Shown piece by piece: positions 50,873 to 61,574 of a stretch of DNA of 64,000 nt. Made by a program: the position numbers and the translations under genes. A model generated the notes under the pieces. It saw only the letters and a program-made list of their open reading frames with translations, had not been told where the DNA came from and did not search any database. Source of the stretch: Candidatus Poribacteria bacterium. Lineage in GTDB: Bacteria; Poribacteria; WGA-4E; JAJDTR01. Within the stretch, counting starts at the first letter, position 1, and every line of letters begins with the position of its first letter. The stretch covers positions 1,088,001 to 1,152,000 of the forward strand of contig CBDCTK010000002.1 of the NCBI GenBank assembly GCA_965222225.1. Direction: 5' to 3'.

Positions 50873-52600
50873 TTGTCATTTGATAGCTTGTCTCTGCGAC
50901 ATGTGGTTCACGACTTACGCGACACGCTTTTGCACGGTAGCATTCGTCATGTTGCGCAGCTAGATGCAACTTCCATCGCGGTCAAGATTACTAAAGCCGG
51001 TAAGACCCAATTTCTAATGATGTCAGCCCATGCGCGCCATGCTCGGACACATCTGATTGAACGCCCATCTGCAGAAATGAGGCAGTCATATTTTGCAGAT
51101 TTCCTCATGACCCACATTGGTCGCGGCACAATCTCGGGAATTGAGCAACTCGGTTGGGACCGCGTGCTGAAAATCACCATAAAACCACAAACGGACATGC
51201 CAATTGAATCCCAATCACGAATACTCATTGGGGAGTTCATGGGCAAGCACAGCAATATCATTCTTGTCGATGAGTCAACAGGGAAGATTCTTCAAAGTAT
51301 TAAACATATTGATGAAACTCTGAGCCGTCATCGTGAAATCCTGCCGGGCGTTATCTACACACCACCTCCAAAGCCTGCAAAACTAGACCCGTTAAAGCTG
51401 GATTACGAGACGTTTGTTACCCTCGTCGAAAACAACTCGGAGGTAGACTGGCTATGTCTATTTAATCAGGTTGACGGTCTTAGTCCAACACTTGCCAAAG
51501 AGCTCCTCTTCCGCGCAGATAAACCAAATTGTGCCGAAAAGTTATGGACAGCTTATAAAGAGATTAGAGCGTATTTCAATCCACCTCACGGCAATCCGCT
51601 AGTGCTTGTCAGCCCGAAAGATCGCAGTGACGCCATTGCCGTTTCTCCATTACCTCTCCACCAATTCCACGGAATGGACAGCCTGACATTCAACACAATG
51701 AGCGAAGCACTGGAATCCTTTTGCGAAATGGTCGTTATTAGAGAAACGATTCAATCGGAACAGCGCACACTCAGCCAAGTGTTAGAAAAACTGCTGGACG
51801 CTCGTGACCGGAAAATCGTGCGCCTGAAACAGGATCTAGCCAATGCCGAGCAAGCTGAAGATTACCGGATAAAGGGGGAGCTGTTAACAGGAAACCTACA
51901 CCGAATCCAGCGAGGCACCGTGTCCGTTGAGGCACAGAACTACTACACGCAAGAACTGAAGCAAATTGAAATTGAACTCGACCCTCAACGCAGTCCATCC
52001 GAGAATGCCCAAGGGTATTTCAAGAGATATACAAAAGCGAAACGCGGACGATCCGTCATCAGTCAGCTACTCGCTGAGAGTCATGCTGAACAGAAGGTAT
52101 TGCAAAGTTATGTGTCAGAGGTACGGCAGGCAGAAACAGTAGATAAATTTGACGCCATTCGCGAACAATTCGTCAAAAAGGGCTGGATTAAAGAGAGGAA
52201 GAATGGGCGGCCGAAACAGCGAACTGCAAGCAGTACGTTTCAAAAATTCACCTCGCCCGACGGTTTCCAAATTTATGTTGGCAGGAACAGCAAGGAGAAC
52301 GATCTCTTACTTCGTCGTATCGCCTCGGGGCGCGACATGTGGCTCCACACCAAGCAGATACACGGCTCACATGTTCTTATCCGAAACCCCGAGAATAAAC
52401 CGGGAATCCCAATGCCAACGCTTTTACAAGCCGCACAGATAGCCGCTCTCTTCAGCAAAGGAAAACATGCTAGTCACGTGCCCGTAGATTATACATGGGC
52501 GCGATATGTGGTCAAACCGAAAGGTTCCGCTCCTGGGTATGTACATTATTCTCGCGAAAAGACACTGTATGTCGAGCCGGGACTTCCTGACACGCGTTAA
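50873..52600 (+). CDS. rqcH: RqcH/Rqc2 (NFACT, FbpA-like) ribosome quality-control factor
   Basis: MSFDS start, QLGWDRV, EFMGKHSNIILVD, SPSENAQGYFKRYTKAK, VGRNSKEND, GSHV and VPVDYT motifs. Confidence 0.92.
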   Translation: MSFDSLSLRHVVHDLRDTLLHGSIRHVAQLDATSIAVKITKAGKTQFLMMSAHARHARTHLIERPSAEMRQSYFADFLMTHIGRGTISGIEQLGWDRVLKITIKPQTDMPIESQSRILIGEFMGKHSNIILVDESTGKILQSIKHIDETLSRHREILPGVIYTPPPKPAKLDPLKLDYETFVTLVENNSEVDWLCLFNQVDGLSPTLAKELLFRADKPNCAEKLWTAYKEIRAYFNPPHGNPLVLVSPKDRSDAIAVSPLPLHQFHGMDSLTFNTMSEALESFCEMVVIRETIQSEQRTLSQVLEKLLDARDRKIVRLKQDLANAEQAEDYRIKGELLTGNLHRIQRGTVSVEAQNYYTQELKQIEIELDPQRSPSENAQGYFKRYTKAKRGRSVISQLLAESHAEQKVLQSYVSEVRQAETVDKFDAIREQFVKKGWIKERKNGRPKQRTASSTFQKFTSPDGFQIYVGRNSKENDLLLRRIASGRDMWLHTKQIHGSHVLIRNPENKPGIPMPTLLQAAQIAALFSKGKHASHVPVDYTWARYVVKPKGSAPGYVHYSREKTLYVEPGLPDTR

Positions 52601-52861
52601 GTTGGGGGCTAAGATGCGCTATGTCAACATGCCCAAGTTTTGGTACGTTGAGATGTGTCGGTTCTGAAAGCATGGCGAACAAAAGTCAAATCATCCGTGC
52701 AAAGCTGTCAGACATCCTCGCATCTTCCGTGGACGTTTGAACAACACAAGCCGAACCGAGATTACTAAGTCAAAAAGCTACTCTTACTCTTCGAGTTTCT
52801 TGAAATAGGCCAATGTCAATCTCATGTTGGACTACCTAGAACCCAAATCACAGGTTGAGAT

Positions 52862-54295
52862 ATGAATCTAATCGGGACAGGTCCAAAAAACCTGTCGTTG
52901 ATCGTCTTGGTCGGGGTATTCTGCGTCGTGTTCGGCACAATCTTGGCGATATACTCGGAGACACCCATTCCTATCTTGAGCGCATTGGTGGTAACAGGTG
53001 TGCTCGTGTTTTTGGCTCCTGATCTTGTGCTTTACGTGTTGTTGATCTGTCTGCCGTTTTCTTTCCGCTACATTCTCCCCTCCCAAGTGGAAATCCAAAC
53101 ACCGACAGAGCCGTTATTGGGGCTGTTAATAGCTATTTACTGTCTTAAAAAAATCATCAACCGAGCAATCAATCGACAACCTAAACCGCGGGAAGAAGGT
53201 CGGTTTCCACTTGCTCTACCACTAATCGTCTATATTGCAGCGACATTTTTGCCAACTATCAACTCGCCGGACCTCTTTGTGACCCTTAAGGGAGCCTTCC
53301 GGGCTACAGTGTATATGATGTCCGGTTTTCTCGCTTATGAACTCATCCGTAATCACCAAGGTCTGTACCGGCTCTTCGTCTCTACATTTCCTTCCGCTTT
53401 GGTAGCGGTAGTTTGGACAAGCTGTGTGTTAGTCTATCAAATCGATCAATGGCAATGGCGAAGCGCATACGAAGGGACGCCGTTTACAAACCACTCCAGT
53501 TACGGTGCATTCGCCGGTGTCTTCTTTCTCATCGTGCTTAGCCGCTTGATGTTTGATCGAAGTAGCTACGATCGCGTATTCTGGACGATACTACTGTTTA
53601 TCTTTGGAATCGGACTCTTGGTTTGTTTTTCGCGAGGTGTATGGCTTTCGCTAATCGTCGCCGTCGGATTTCTTCTAATGCAAATCAAAACAGGCGAACA
53701 ACACAGAAAAGTCATGTTCGTCGGCGCCTTCACTGTCTTGCTCCTGTTGATTGTTAGTCTTCCGGGGGCATCCAATATCGCACAAGAACGGATTTCCTCT
53801 GTTTTTAACTTCCAATTTGCCTCAAATCAAGCCCGGCTTCTGCGGTGGGGACAAGCGTTGCTAATGTTCCTCGAAAGTCCAATTATTGGAAAAGGGTATG
53901 GCGCATTTGCTATTCTATACGAAGAAGATGCCTCACTGGTCGGCGAATATACCTCACAATTTCAGTTAGGTGCACATAGTGAATATCTGCAAGTCCTGGC
54001 AGAACTTGGAATCGTTGGATTCGCCGCTTGGATGTGGTTGGTCATTACATTTTTTCGTTATGGGTTTCGCGCGTTAAGGGATATTGAGGATGGTTTCTAT
54101 CGTTCGCTTATCATAGGGTTGCTTTCCGTCGAGATTTCATTGCTTGTGCACTTCGTCGTAAATAACCTGCTTAATGGAGATGCGATTGCTATCCCATTCT
54201 GGTTGACTTACGGGTTACTCCCAGCAGTCGTAAACATCGCAAAGCGTAAGAGTAAGCCCGAAATCTCCACAAATTTGAACGAAGCCGTGGCTTAA
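52862..54295 (+). CDS. O-antigen ligase/Wzy-family membrane protein
   Basis: Multiple TMs; FSRGVWL, SNQARLLRW..PIIGKGYGAF and AHSEYLQVLAELGIVG motifs. Confidence 0.9.
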   Translation: MNLIGTGPKNLSLIVLVGVFCVVFGTILAIYSETPIPILSALVVTGVLVFLAPDLVLYVLLICLPFSFRYILPSQVEIQTPTEPLLGLLIAIYCLKKIINRAINRQPKPREEGRFPLALPLIVYIAATFLPTINSPDLFVTLKGAFRATVYMMSGFLAYELIRNHQGLYRLFVSTFPSALVAVVWTSCVLVYQIDQWQWRSAYEGTPFTNHSSYGAFAGVFFLIVLSRLMFDRSSYDRVFWTILLFIFGIGLLVCFSRGVWLSLIVAVGFLLMQIKTGEQHRKVMFVGAFTVLLLLIVSLPGASNIAQERISSVFNFQFASNQARLLRWGQALLMFLESPIIGKGYGAFAILYEEDASLVGEYTSQFQLGAHSEYLQVLAELGIVGFAAWMWLVITFFRYGFRALRDIEDGFYRSLIIGLLSVEISLLVHFVVNNLLNGDAIAIPFWLTYGLLPAVVNIAKRKSKPEISTNLNEAVA

Positions 54296-54340
54296 TCAGA
54301 GGGTTTGGGTAAACTTCTATACTGACAGTTGAAATCTACT

Positions 54341-55774
54341 ATGACAAGAACAATGTCCGCTGAACAGCAACACCGAATTCGACACAGAGTTCGACGAAGA
54401 TCTGCTGCATTATTTTCACTCATTATACACATGTTAGTCGCCATCATTTATCTATATATTCACCAAGGTGAAGTGACAAAAGACACCGATAGTATAGCGA
54501 TTAGCTGGGTGAAAGATGTCCCACCTCCACAACTTCGGAAACTGAAGATGAAACCGCCATTAAAGACAGAAGTCTACAAACCGGAAAATCGTCTGGCGCG
54601 AGAAGCAGAGAACAAACTGGCAGAATCATCCCCCAACAAAATTACTGAAGTTGCGCGACTCAGTGAACGGATTGTTGTTGAAAACGTAGAAGTTCATGAG
54701 GCGCCTCCTAGTGATAAAATTCCTGAACTGATGACTGATGCCAATCTGCGGCCCGCAGAAGCGTCTAACCTGAATCGCTTGGTGTCGCACCCTGGACGGT
54801 CAGATGGTAGTGGCGTAGTTACGGGACGCGCGCGCGTACGCGGACGTGGAATGGGGCGTTTCCTAACCGATTCGTATGGTGACTCAGAAGACGGACTATT
54901 GGGTGGAGGCGGCAGCCCCGGAATGATGGATCCGTTAGGCATTGTCGATTTCATCAAGGAAAAGGAATTTGGCGATCGCCAACAGGTCGTCTATTGTCTT
55001 GATGTCTCAGCAAGTATGCAAATCCCGGGACTGCGAAAACTCGAATTGGCGATTCAATCCATCAAGGAATCGCTACGCGCCCTTAGTGTTGATAGCTACT
55101 TCGATATCATTACCTTTTCTGCCGAAGCCAAGTCTCGAAAGCCGGAGCTCGTTCCTGCCACGGTGGAAAACATTACAGAAGCGTCGAGATACCTCGATAG
55201 ATTTAAGTCTGATCGACTCCTTGAGAATCGGGGTACGAACCTCCTAGGCGCAATTGAGAAAGCTCTTGAACGGAAACCGACAGTTATCGTCTTGGTGACA
55301 GATGGCCTTCCGACTGCAGGTGCGAATAAACAAAGGCACTTGTTCAGTCTCGATTTAAAGTACCAAACTCATCTAAACAAAAATCGTATTGCTGTGTTGA
55401 ATGGGATGTTCCAGAATCACGGTATTTCCATCGCTTCGGACGCCGTTCTAATCGCGGAGACGAAAGACCTTCAGTGGAAAGTAATGAGTGGAGAACAGAC
55501 ATTTTACATACATAAAGAACTCAGTCAACTTAATGTATACAGAAAGGGCAAGATGACAATCGAAACAGACAGCCAGAGGATTCTTGAAGCAGTAAGAACA
55601 AAAAACGTAAATGACACTAGCATCTATATTGTGGGGCTTGAGATTGTCCTGGCACAATCGCTAGGTGCAGATCTTCTTGTCCATCTCGCAGAGCAAAACA
55701 ATGGCAAACTCAAACTCTTGGGTTATGAGCAACTGTTGAAATATGCCGCTCAAGACAGTCGAGGTGCGAACTGA
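54341..55774 (+). CDS. Membrane-anchored vWA domain protein
   Basis: TM SLIIH; MIDAS DVSASM, FDIITFS, GTNL..A and VLVTDG motifs. Confidence 0.85.
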   Translation: MTRTMSAEQQHRIRHRVRRRSAALFSLIIHMLVAIIYLYIHQGEVTKDTDSIAISWVKDVPPPQLRKLKMKPPLKTEVYKPENRLAREAENKLAESSPNKITEVARLSERIVVENVEVHEAPPSDKIPELMTDANLRPAEASNLNRLVSHPGRSDGSGVVTGRARVRGRGMGRFLTDSYGDSEDGLLGGGGSPGMMDPLGIVDFIKEKEFGDRQQVVYCLDVSASMQIPGLRKLELAIQSIKESLRALSVDSYFDIITFSAEAKSRKPELVPATVENITEASRYLDRFKSDRLLENRGTNLLGAIEKALERKPTVIVLVTDGLPTAGANKQRHLFSLDLKYQTHLNKNRIAVLNGMFQNHGISIASDAVLIAETKDLQWKVMSGEQTFYIHKELSQLNVYRKGKMTIETDSQRILEAVRTKNVNDTSIYIVGLEIVLAQSLGADLLVHLAEQNNGKLKLLGYEQLLKYAAQDSRGAN

Positions 55775-56003
55775 TACAGGACTCATCTCACCGCTAGTAA
55801 TCAAGTTTATTTGACCTCAGGGATTATCATGTCGTAACCTAGTTTCATCAATCCGGCGCCCAGAACGTATTGGGGGAAAGATTTGCCGCACAATTGGACT
55901 TGGAATGTCCGAAAAATTGGATGAACTGCAGTCGGCAGTGTCCGTAGGACAAAGAATCTGAATATTGTATCTGACTCATCCTCACTACAAGCAAAAATTC
56001 GCC

Positions 56004-56411
56004 ATGCAATTTCAACACGGAAATCTTATCATTGTATTCGTAATGGCTAGTTTAGGGGCAACGATTGGTTGTGCTAAGATACTCGAAGATCAGGGAGAAT
56101 TAGAACGCGTTGATGCGACGTTCTTTTACGATTCAACGTCGTCATCCATCCCCAGCGCGTATGCCGTCGAGTTGCCCGAGCAGCGTACCATCCGAAGAAT
56201 TATCGTTCATTCGGTTGACCGAATTCGAAACACTGATATCTATGTTCGATCTGGGAAAAACAGGTGGATTCATGCCAAGCAAATCAAGGGCTGGATTGAA
56301 GGGGCTACCGACATTGATATTCGAGCTAGAGGAGATGCCGTTCGAGTAATTCCCAAAACCGATGCGTTGCGCGTCATTCAAGATGTTGAGGTGTTTGTCG
56401 TACCCAAGTAA
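56004..56411 (+). CDS. Small lipoprotein, beta-sandwich (discoidin-like)
   Basis: Lipobox TIGC; VELPEQRTIRRIIVH pattern. Confidence 0.55.
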   Translation: MQFQHGNLIIVFVMASLGATIGCAKILEDQGELERVDATFFYDSTSSSIPSAYAVELPEQRTIRRIIVHSVDRIRNTDIYVRSGKNRWIHAKQIKGWIEGATDIDIRARGDAVRVIPKTDALRVIQDVEVFVVPK

Positions 56412-56489
56412 AATTGAGTCTAGCGAACCTTAGCAGGAAAGAGATAGAGTTTTGAGATTGGGCTAACCTTCAGGCACAGGGGTATCACG

Positions 56490-56721
56490 ATGTCATTACA
56501 GCACAGAAAAGTTATCATGTTAATTATAATATTCGCCTGCGTTCAAATGTGCGGTTGCGCACAGTTAAAAGCCGTTGGCGGAGGTGGACTTGAGCGAGCA
56601 GAAGGAAGGTTTTATAATGGCCAATGGGAGATTTTGGCGGCGCGATGGGATACTTTTTTACACTGAATGAACCTCGCTTTGTTCGCCGCATAATACTGCA
56701 TTGCGCTTCCCCTGTCAAGAA
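56490..56721 (+). pseudogene. Frameshifted, truncated paralogue of the 56004-56411 lipoprotein
   Basis: MSLQHRKVIMLIIIFACVQMCGC..GLERAEGRFY then shifted YFFTLNEPRFVRRIILHCASPVKN; ends at the MITE copy. Confidence 0.65.
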
Positions 56722-56911
56722 TGTATATGATGTCTGAATTATATCGTTCACTTTCTCCGTAGGCGGAGATCAACCGGGTGGATAGCGAGGGCGATAGGGA
56801 TCGCGTTGCCCCTCCGACTTTGCGTGGATACAAGGCTTCTTACTCCGCTCCACGCAAGTTTCTTTACTTAATCCACGTAATCAATGCACTTGCATTTTAG
56901 AGAAATGGTAT
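56722..56911. mobile_element. MITE family A, copy 2 (left end missing)
   Basis: Colinear with 14661-14902 including right TIR GAAATGGTAT. Confidence 0.75.
56768..56802 (+). repeat. 35-bp GATC-ended unit
   Basis: GATCAACCGGGTGGATAGCGAGGGCGATAGGGATC. Confidence 0.85.
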
Positions 56912-57714
56912 AAGCACCTATTGTCCTGGATACGCTAGCGATCTGACTACGAACTGTTCAGCGCTCACAACCACGAGTCAATTAAGACGTACGTCAGATT
57001 GTAGCAATTGAATCCATCGGATGTCGGGAGCTATGTATTCGAAGGAGAAGCGTCGAACCATGAAGTTGTGAGCGATCGTCTACGTAAACACAATCAATTG
57101 GAATCATTCGGTGGGATTTACGAGAACTGGATAATCAAATCAGATTGGAGGGTGTAACTTTAAACTACGTCAAAGACTGGCAGGGAGGGGAGAAAAATCT
57201 TGTCATTTTTCAAGCAGCTCGAAAATATGCTGCTGTTGTCACATATCTAGTCTTAAACCTAACAAACAAAACTTATTTGGGCAGAAAGAATGCGATTTCA
57301 ATATACTCTCCTACTTCGTCTCAAAATCTCTCATTTTTTGAGCAACAAGGATGCCGTATCCCACATTATAGATTTTCGTTTTCCATTCCGGCGATGCTTC
57401 TAGGTACGGCTTAATGACCCTACCCTTGTCTCCCCACAAGACATCATCAATAATAACGATAGAGTTCGCTCTGAAAACCTTCTCACAAGTCTTGAACTTT
57501 TTCCAAATGCGATCTGCATCATTCACGGAATCAAATAAGGCGAGATGGATTGTGTCCAAGACATCGGCGTCGACCATTTTCCTTAAATTATCAATCGCGT
57601 CACCTTCAACATAGTTAATATACCCAAGTTGCTACCTAATTGAATTGAAAATCCCCGGGGTTTTCGTTAGAGTTGAGGAGTTCACTATTACCTCAATACC
57701 CTAAAGGAGAACCC

Positions 57715-58589
57715 ATGGACATTCAAATTGTAACTGTTTTCTGTTTGTGTGACGCTCTCTTAAAAGCATTCAACCATCAACCAGACCCACAATCTCGGAT
57801 GTCTGATGCCGAAGTTATGACGACTGCACTGGTTGCAACACTCTTTTTCGGTGCCAACTTCCAAACCGCTCGTGACTTTCTCCAAACTCACGGCTATATT
57901 CCAAACATGCTCTCAAAGAGCCGGTTCAATCGACGGCTTCACCGAATTAAACCCATGTTCATCACACTGTTCGAAATCTTAGGCGAAAGTTTTGTACAAC
58001 TCAACAAGCAGAAACGCTATGCCGTAGATACTATACCAATTGTTGTTTGTGACAATTTCCGCATTCGTCGCTCAAAAATCTACACCAATGAAACATTTCG
58101 AGGCTATCAGTCGTCCAAACGTCGGTATTTCTACGGCTTAAAGATTCATCTACTGGTTACCGCTCAACGACAGCCGGTTGAATTCTTTTTGACCCCGGGT
58201 AACACCGGTGATGTTGAAGGCTTACAATACTTTGACTTCGACTTACCACCGGGCAGCCGTGTCTATGGAGACAAAGCGTACAATAACTACGATTAACTGA
58301 GCGAATAGCGAAGGCGATAGAAATTCCTATAGAAGACAGTATTGCCGAAGTTGGGGTGGAGTTGAAACCGATACGCAAGAAGAATTCAAAGCGGCAATAT
58401 CCACCATGGGAAGCCTATCTAGTCAATTATTATCGCAAGTCTGTTGAGACGACTGCGAGCTTGATTGAGAGGTTGTTGCCGCCTTCAATTCATGCGGTGA
58501 CACCACAGGGATTTGAACTGAAAGTCGTCTTGTTTGTAGTGGCTACCAGTATCAACCAATATGAACCCACTCAGAATTCACCCATATAG
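57715..58589 (+). pseudogene. IS982 transposase disrupted by a 35-bp insertion
   Basis: MSDAEVMT, SRFNRRL, VDT, YFYGLKIH, GDKAY and RKSVET motifs; single lesion at 58291-58325. Confidence 0.9.
58291..58325 (+). repeat. 35-bp unit inserted in the IS982 transposase
   Basis: GATTAACTGAGCGAATAGCGAAGGCGATAGAAATT. Confidence 0.88.
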
Positions 58590-59409
58590 CCAATACCCGA
58601 TGAATAGGTAGCAACTTGGGTTAATATATTCGTTATAGTCACGGCATAGAGATTGATAGATGCGGATATTTTCTTTGCAAATCTCAAATTTATAGAACAT
58701 TCCACGGCTATTCAGCGTTGACGCGATTGTCAAGGTACTTTCGGTTCCTTCATTGGCATCCCGAATACAACCAGTTTCGATGACAGTTGGGTGCGATGTT
58801 GTTTTGAACACCTCAGCAGGCATTTCCTGATGATTGGCTTGTGCGCCCTCCGATAATCCCGCAATCCAAGTTTGTACAAAACCAAGTGTTGCGCTTTCCA
58901 AATCTTATTGACCAATCGGCTTTCTTTAATCGACATTGTAAAGGTTCCCTAAAACCGAAATACGTAAAAGCCTGAAAAGTATCCGGGACATTTGCAATAG
59001 CCGCACTCGGATGATAATCTACGAACTGGCCATTGCAAAACGTCATCAGGCTCAAAAAACTTCACGGGAATTGAACCGCAATTTATCTCTTACAATTACT
59101 ACATAATACCAATACGTCATCTCTGACTGTCAAGACAAAATTGGGGCGTAGTAGCACGCTTCTTCGGTCTTGATTCCATTACTACCTCTCGTCATAACTC
59201 AGACAGCCTAACTCGTAGGTGTTAATTGTTCTCCGGATTCTTACACCAGTCTCAAGTAACCTCGGACACTGATGCCTAATCTCCTTCCACGTGGCGGCGG
59301 AGAAAGCCGCCGTCCATCTAACTTGGTTTACACTTCCTTGCGCGACTTGTCGCTGACTCGCGAGGTTATTAACATACATTTGCTGAAACTATGAAAAATG
59401 GCTGAAAAT

Positions 59410-61161
59410 CTAGTCAATGGGAACAATCGGCAGGAGTATGTGTGATGGGTGCTCCGCATCATGGTAAATCGTCTGATTTGCCATCTGAATGTCTGAGTCT
59501 AGCCCGAAAGGCTGTCCCGTGTTTGGGTTGCGATCAAACTGAGGAAAGTTGCTACTTGATACTTCAACACGAATTCGATGATTCTTCAGAAAGCGATTAC
59601 TAGTGGACCACAAATCAATGGTATATTTATAAATCTTCCCGGGGGTCAGTAACGTCGGTTCCTCCCAAGAATCCCGATACCTGGCACGGATAATTCCCTG
59701 TGTCACATTGATCGCGCGTCCGTCAGGAAAGACATCCACAAGTTTCGCGGTAAAGTCGGTGTCCTTCGCATGGGAAGCGGCATATAACACCATTGATACC
59801 GGACCGGACACTTCAACATCTGATTCGAGTACCGGTGAGTCATAAACAAGGACATCCGGCCGCCACTCCACAGGTTGTTGATCTCGCGGGCCCATAGGAA
59901 CCGGTGTCACATTTTCCGCACAACAGGTGCTCCCACCAATTGTCATGACAGGGTTACTCGGATCATAGACGAAGTGGTCTGAATTCTCCACTTCTGGTTT
60001 GTGTGGATTAAGACTACCGTCACCGAATAACGAATTAGCAGTGCCTCCACTGTGGAGATAGTAAGGAACATAAACTGTACCCGGGATTGGCCAGTCTGAG
60101 GCAGTACGCCATTCATTCGCGCCCATAACGAATACTTTGACCGGCGGATCTTCAGCAATCCTATTATTGATTCCTTTTAGCCAATAGTCAAACCAACGAA
60201 GGCACTCGTTTCGCAAATTGATCAGGACTGCATGCCCGAAATCAATGTCGCCTACTTTAGTTTCAGTGCCGTGACCGCCGAGATTGTGTATCCACGGCCC
60301 GATAATGACCTTCTGGTTACTCTTTCCAGGCTCACGTCCCTCCCTTTTGACCCCCATAAAGTTGTTGAGTGTGCCTTGCAAAAACACGTCAAACCACCCG
60401 CCCATTCCGTATATAGGCACCTCTATATCCGCGTAGCAATCTTCGACTGGCTGCATGTCTTGCCAATACTCGTCGCAACTTGGATGGTCTATCCAATCCT
60501 TCCAAATCTTGTTGTTGCGACCAGCAGCTTCATCCATGGTTCTCAAGGGGAGATGCCAATGAAGGTCTGAAAGGTGATTGCCTTCGGGAAACCATAGATA
60601 CTGCACTTGGTTCGTGCGAGTGTGCATCTTCACTGCAGCCCAGCGAAGGTTGAATCCAAGCTGAAAAGCACCGCCAGTGTAAGCCCAGTTATGATAAGCG
60701 TGCGAATAGCCGACGCGTGGGATCAGCGCTTTCAAATATTTGCTACGCATCGGCGCAGCTTGCAGTTGCACTAAAGCCACATACGAATCGCCTAGCATCC
60801 CGACGTTTCCACTGCACCAAGGTTGAACCCCTAGCCATTCGTGTGTATCAAATCCATCCTCCGCCTCATGCTTAAAGGGATACCATTCACCATCGGAATC
60901 GTGTCGTCCACGCACATCTTGGACAGCGACCGCGTAGCCACAAGAAGCAAAATAGAAGGCTTGTGCAACCTCACTCTCGCTGTTGTTATCGTAAGGCGTT
61001 CTGACCAAAATCGCGGGGACGGGGTAACCCACATCAGGCATGAAGAGATCCGTGGAAAGGGCTATTCCATCTCTCATGGGCACTTTGATGTCGCATTGCA
61101 TCTTCACTTTGTGTACGGGACTCGATCCTTCACTTTCCGGTTGTGTCATTGCTACTCCCAT
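59410..61161 (-). CDS. CocE/NonD family hydrolase
   Basis: VPMRDG, RTPY, QDVRGRHDSDG, GDSY nucleophile, GGWFD, IGPWIH and SSSNFPQFDRNPNTG motifs. Confidence 0.95.
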   Translation of the reverse strand: MGVAMTQPESEGSSPVHKVKMQCDIKVPMRDGIALSTDLFMPDVGYPVPAILVRTPYDNNSESEVAQAFYFASCGYAVAVQDVRGRHDSDGEWYPFKHEAEDGFDTHEWLGVQPWCSGNVGMLGDSYVALVQLQAAPMRSKYLKALIPRVGYSHAYHNWAYTGGAFQLGFNLRWAAVKMHTRTNQVQYLWFPEGNHLSDLHWHLPLRTMDEAAGRNNKIWKDWIDHPSCDEYWQDMQPVEDCYADIEVPIYGMGGWFDVFLQGTLNNFMGVKREGREPGKSNQKVIIGPWIHNLGGHGTETKVGDIDFGHAVLINLRNECLRWFDYWLKGINNRIAEDPPVKVFVMGANEWRTASDWPIPGTVYVPYYLHSGGTANSLFGDGSLNPHKPEVENSDHFVYDPSNPVMTIGGSTCCAENVTPVPMGPRDQQPVEWRPDVLVYDSPVLESDVEVSGPVSMVLYAASHAKDTDFTAKLVDVFPDGRAINVTQGIIRARYRDSWEEPTLLTPGKIYKYTIDLWSTSNRFLKNHRIRVEVSSSNFPQFDRNPNTGQPFGLDSDIQMANQTIYHDAEHPSHILLPIVPID

Positions 61162-61574
61162 AAGTGTTTATCTCCTTCTCGGATGTATCAAAAATACATC
61201 AAGCAGACACCGATTGCCACTAATCTGATATTTCGTGTGTCGCCGGAGTAACGTCGAAGTCTAGTGCATCTCTTTACGATAAGACAGGGGTTGTTTGGGC
61301 AGGAAACATCGTAATACTGTGGAATGATGGGAACATGTCTGACAGAGAGTTAATCGTGAGAATATATACCACGGAAAATGCGTGAGGATCCCGATTGAAT
61401 ATCTTGAAGCATCTCCAAACTCCTCGCTGCCTTTGCCCGTATGGTGGAGATTGTCTTCACCTGTTGTCGAGGGAAATAAATAAGAACAATGGAAACCTGC
61501 CGCATGGTATCGTACCAAATTTAGTATCTAGCGCTAAAATGGTGCATTTGTGTTAATCAACTCGACTTTCCACA

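Larger units (their letters stand above)
57622..58621 (+). mobile_element. IS982-family insertion sequence, 1000 bp
   Basis: 17-bp TIRs ACCCAAGTTGCTACCTA / TAGGTAGCAACTTGGGT; 6-bp TSD TAATAT at 57616-57621 and 58622-58627. Confidence 0.92.
57311..59055 (-). pseudogene. Class I SAM methyltransferase (Methyltransf_24-like) split by IS982; 5' part also degraded
   Basis: VIETGCIRD ... EYIN|YVEGDAI ... LALFDS ... IVIIDD; frame restored on IS removal. Confidence 0.75.
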
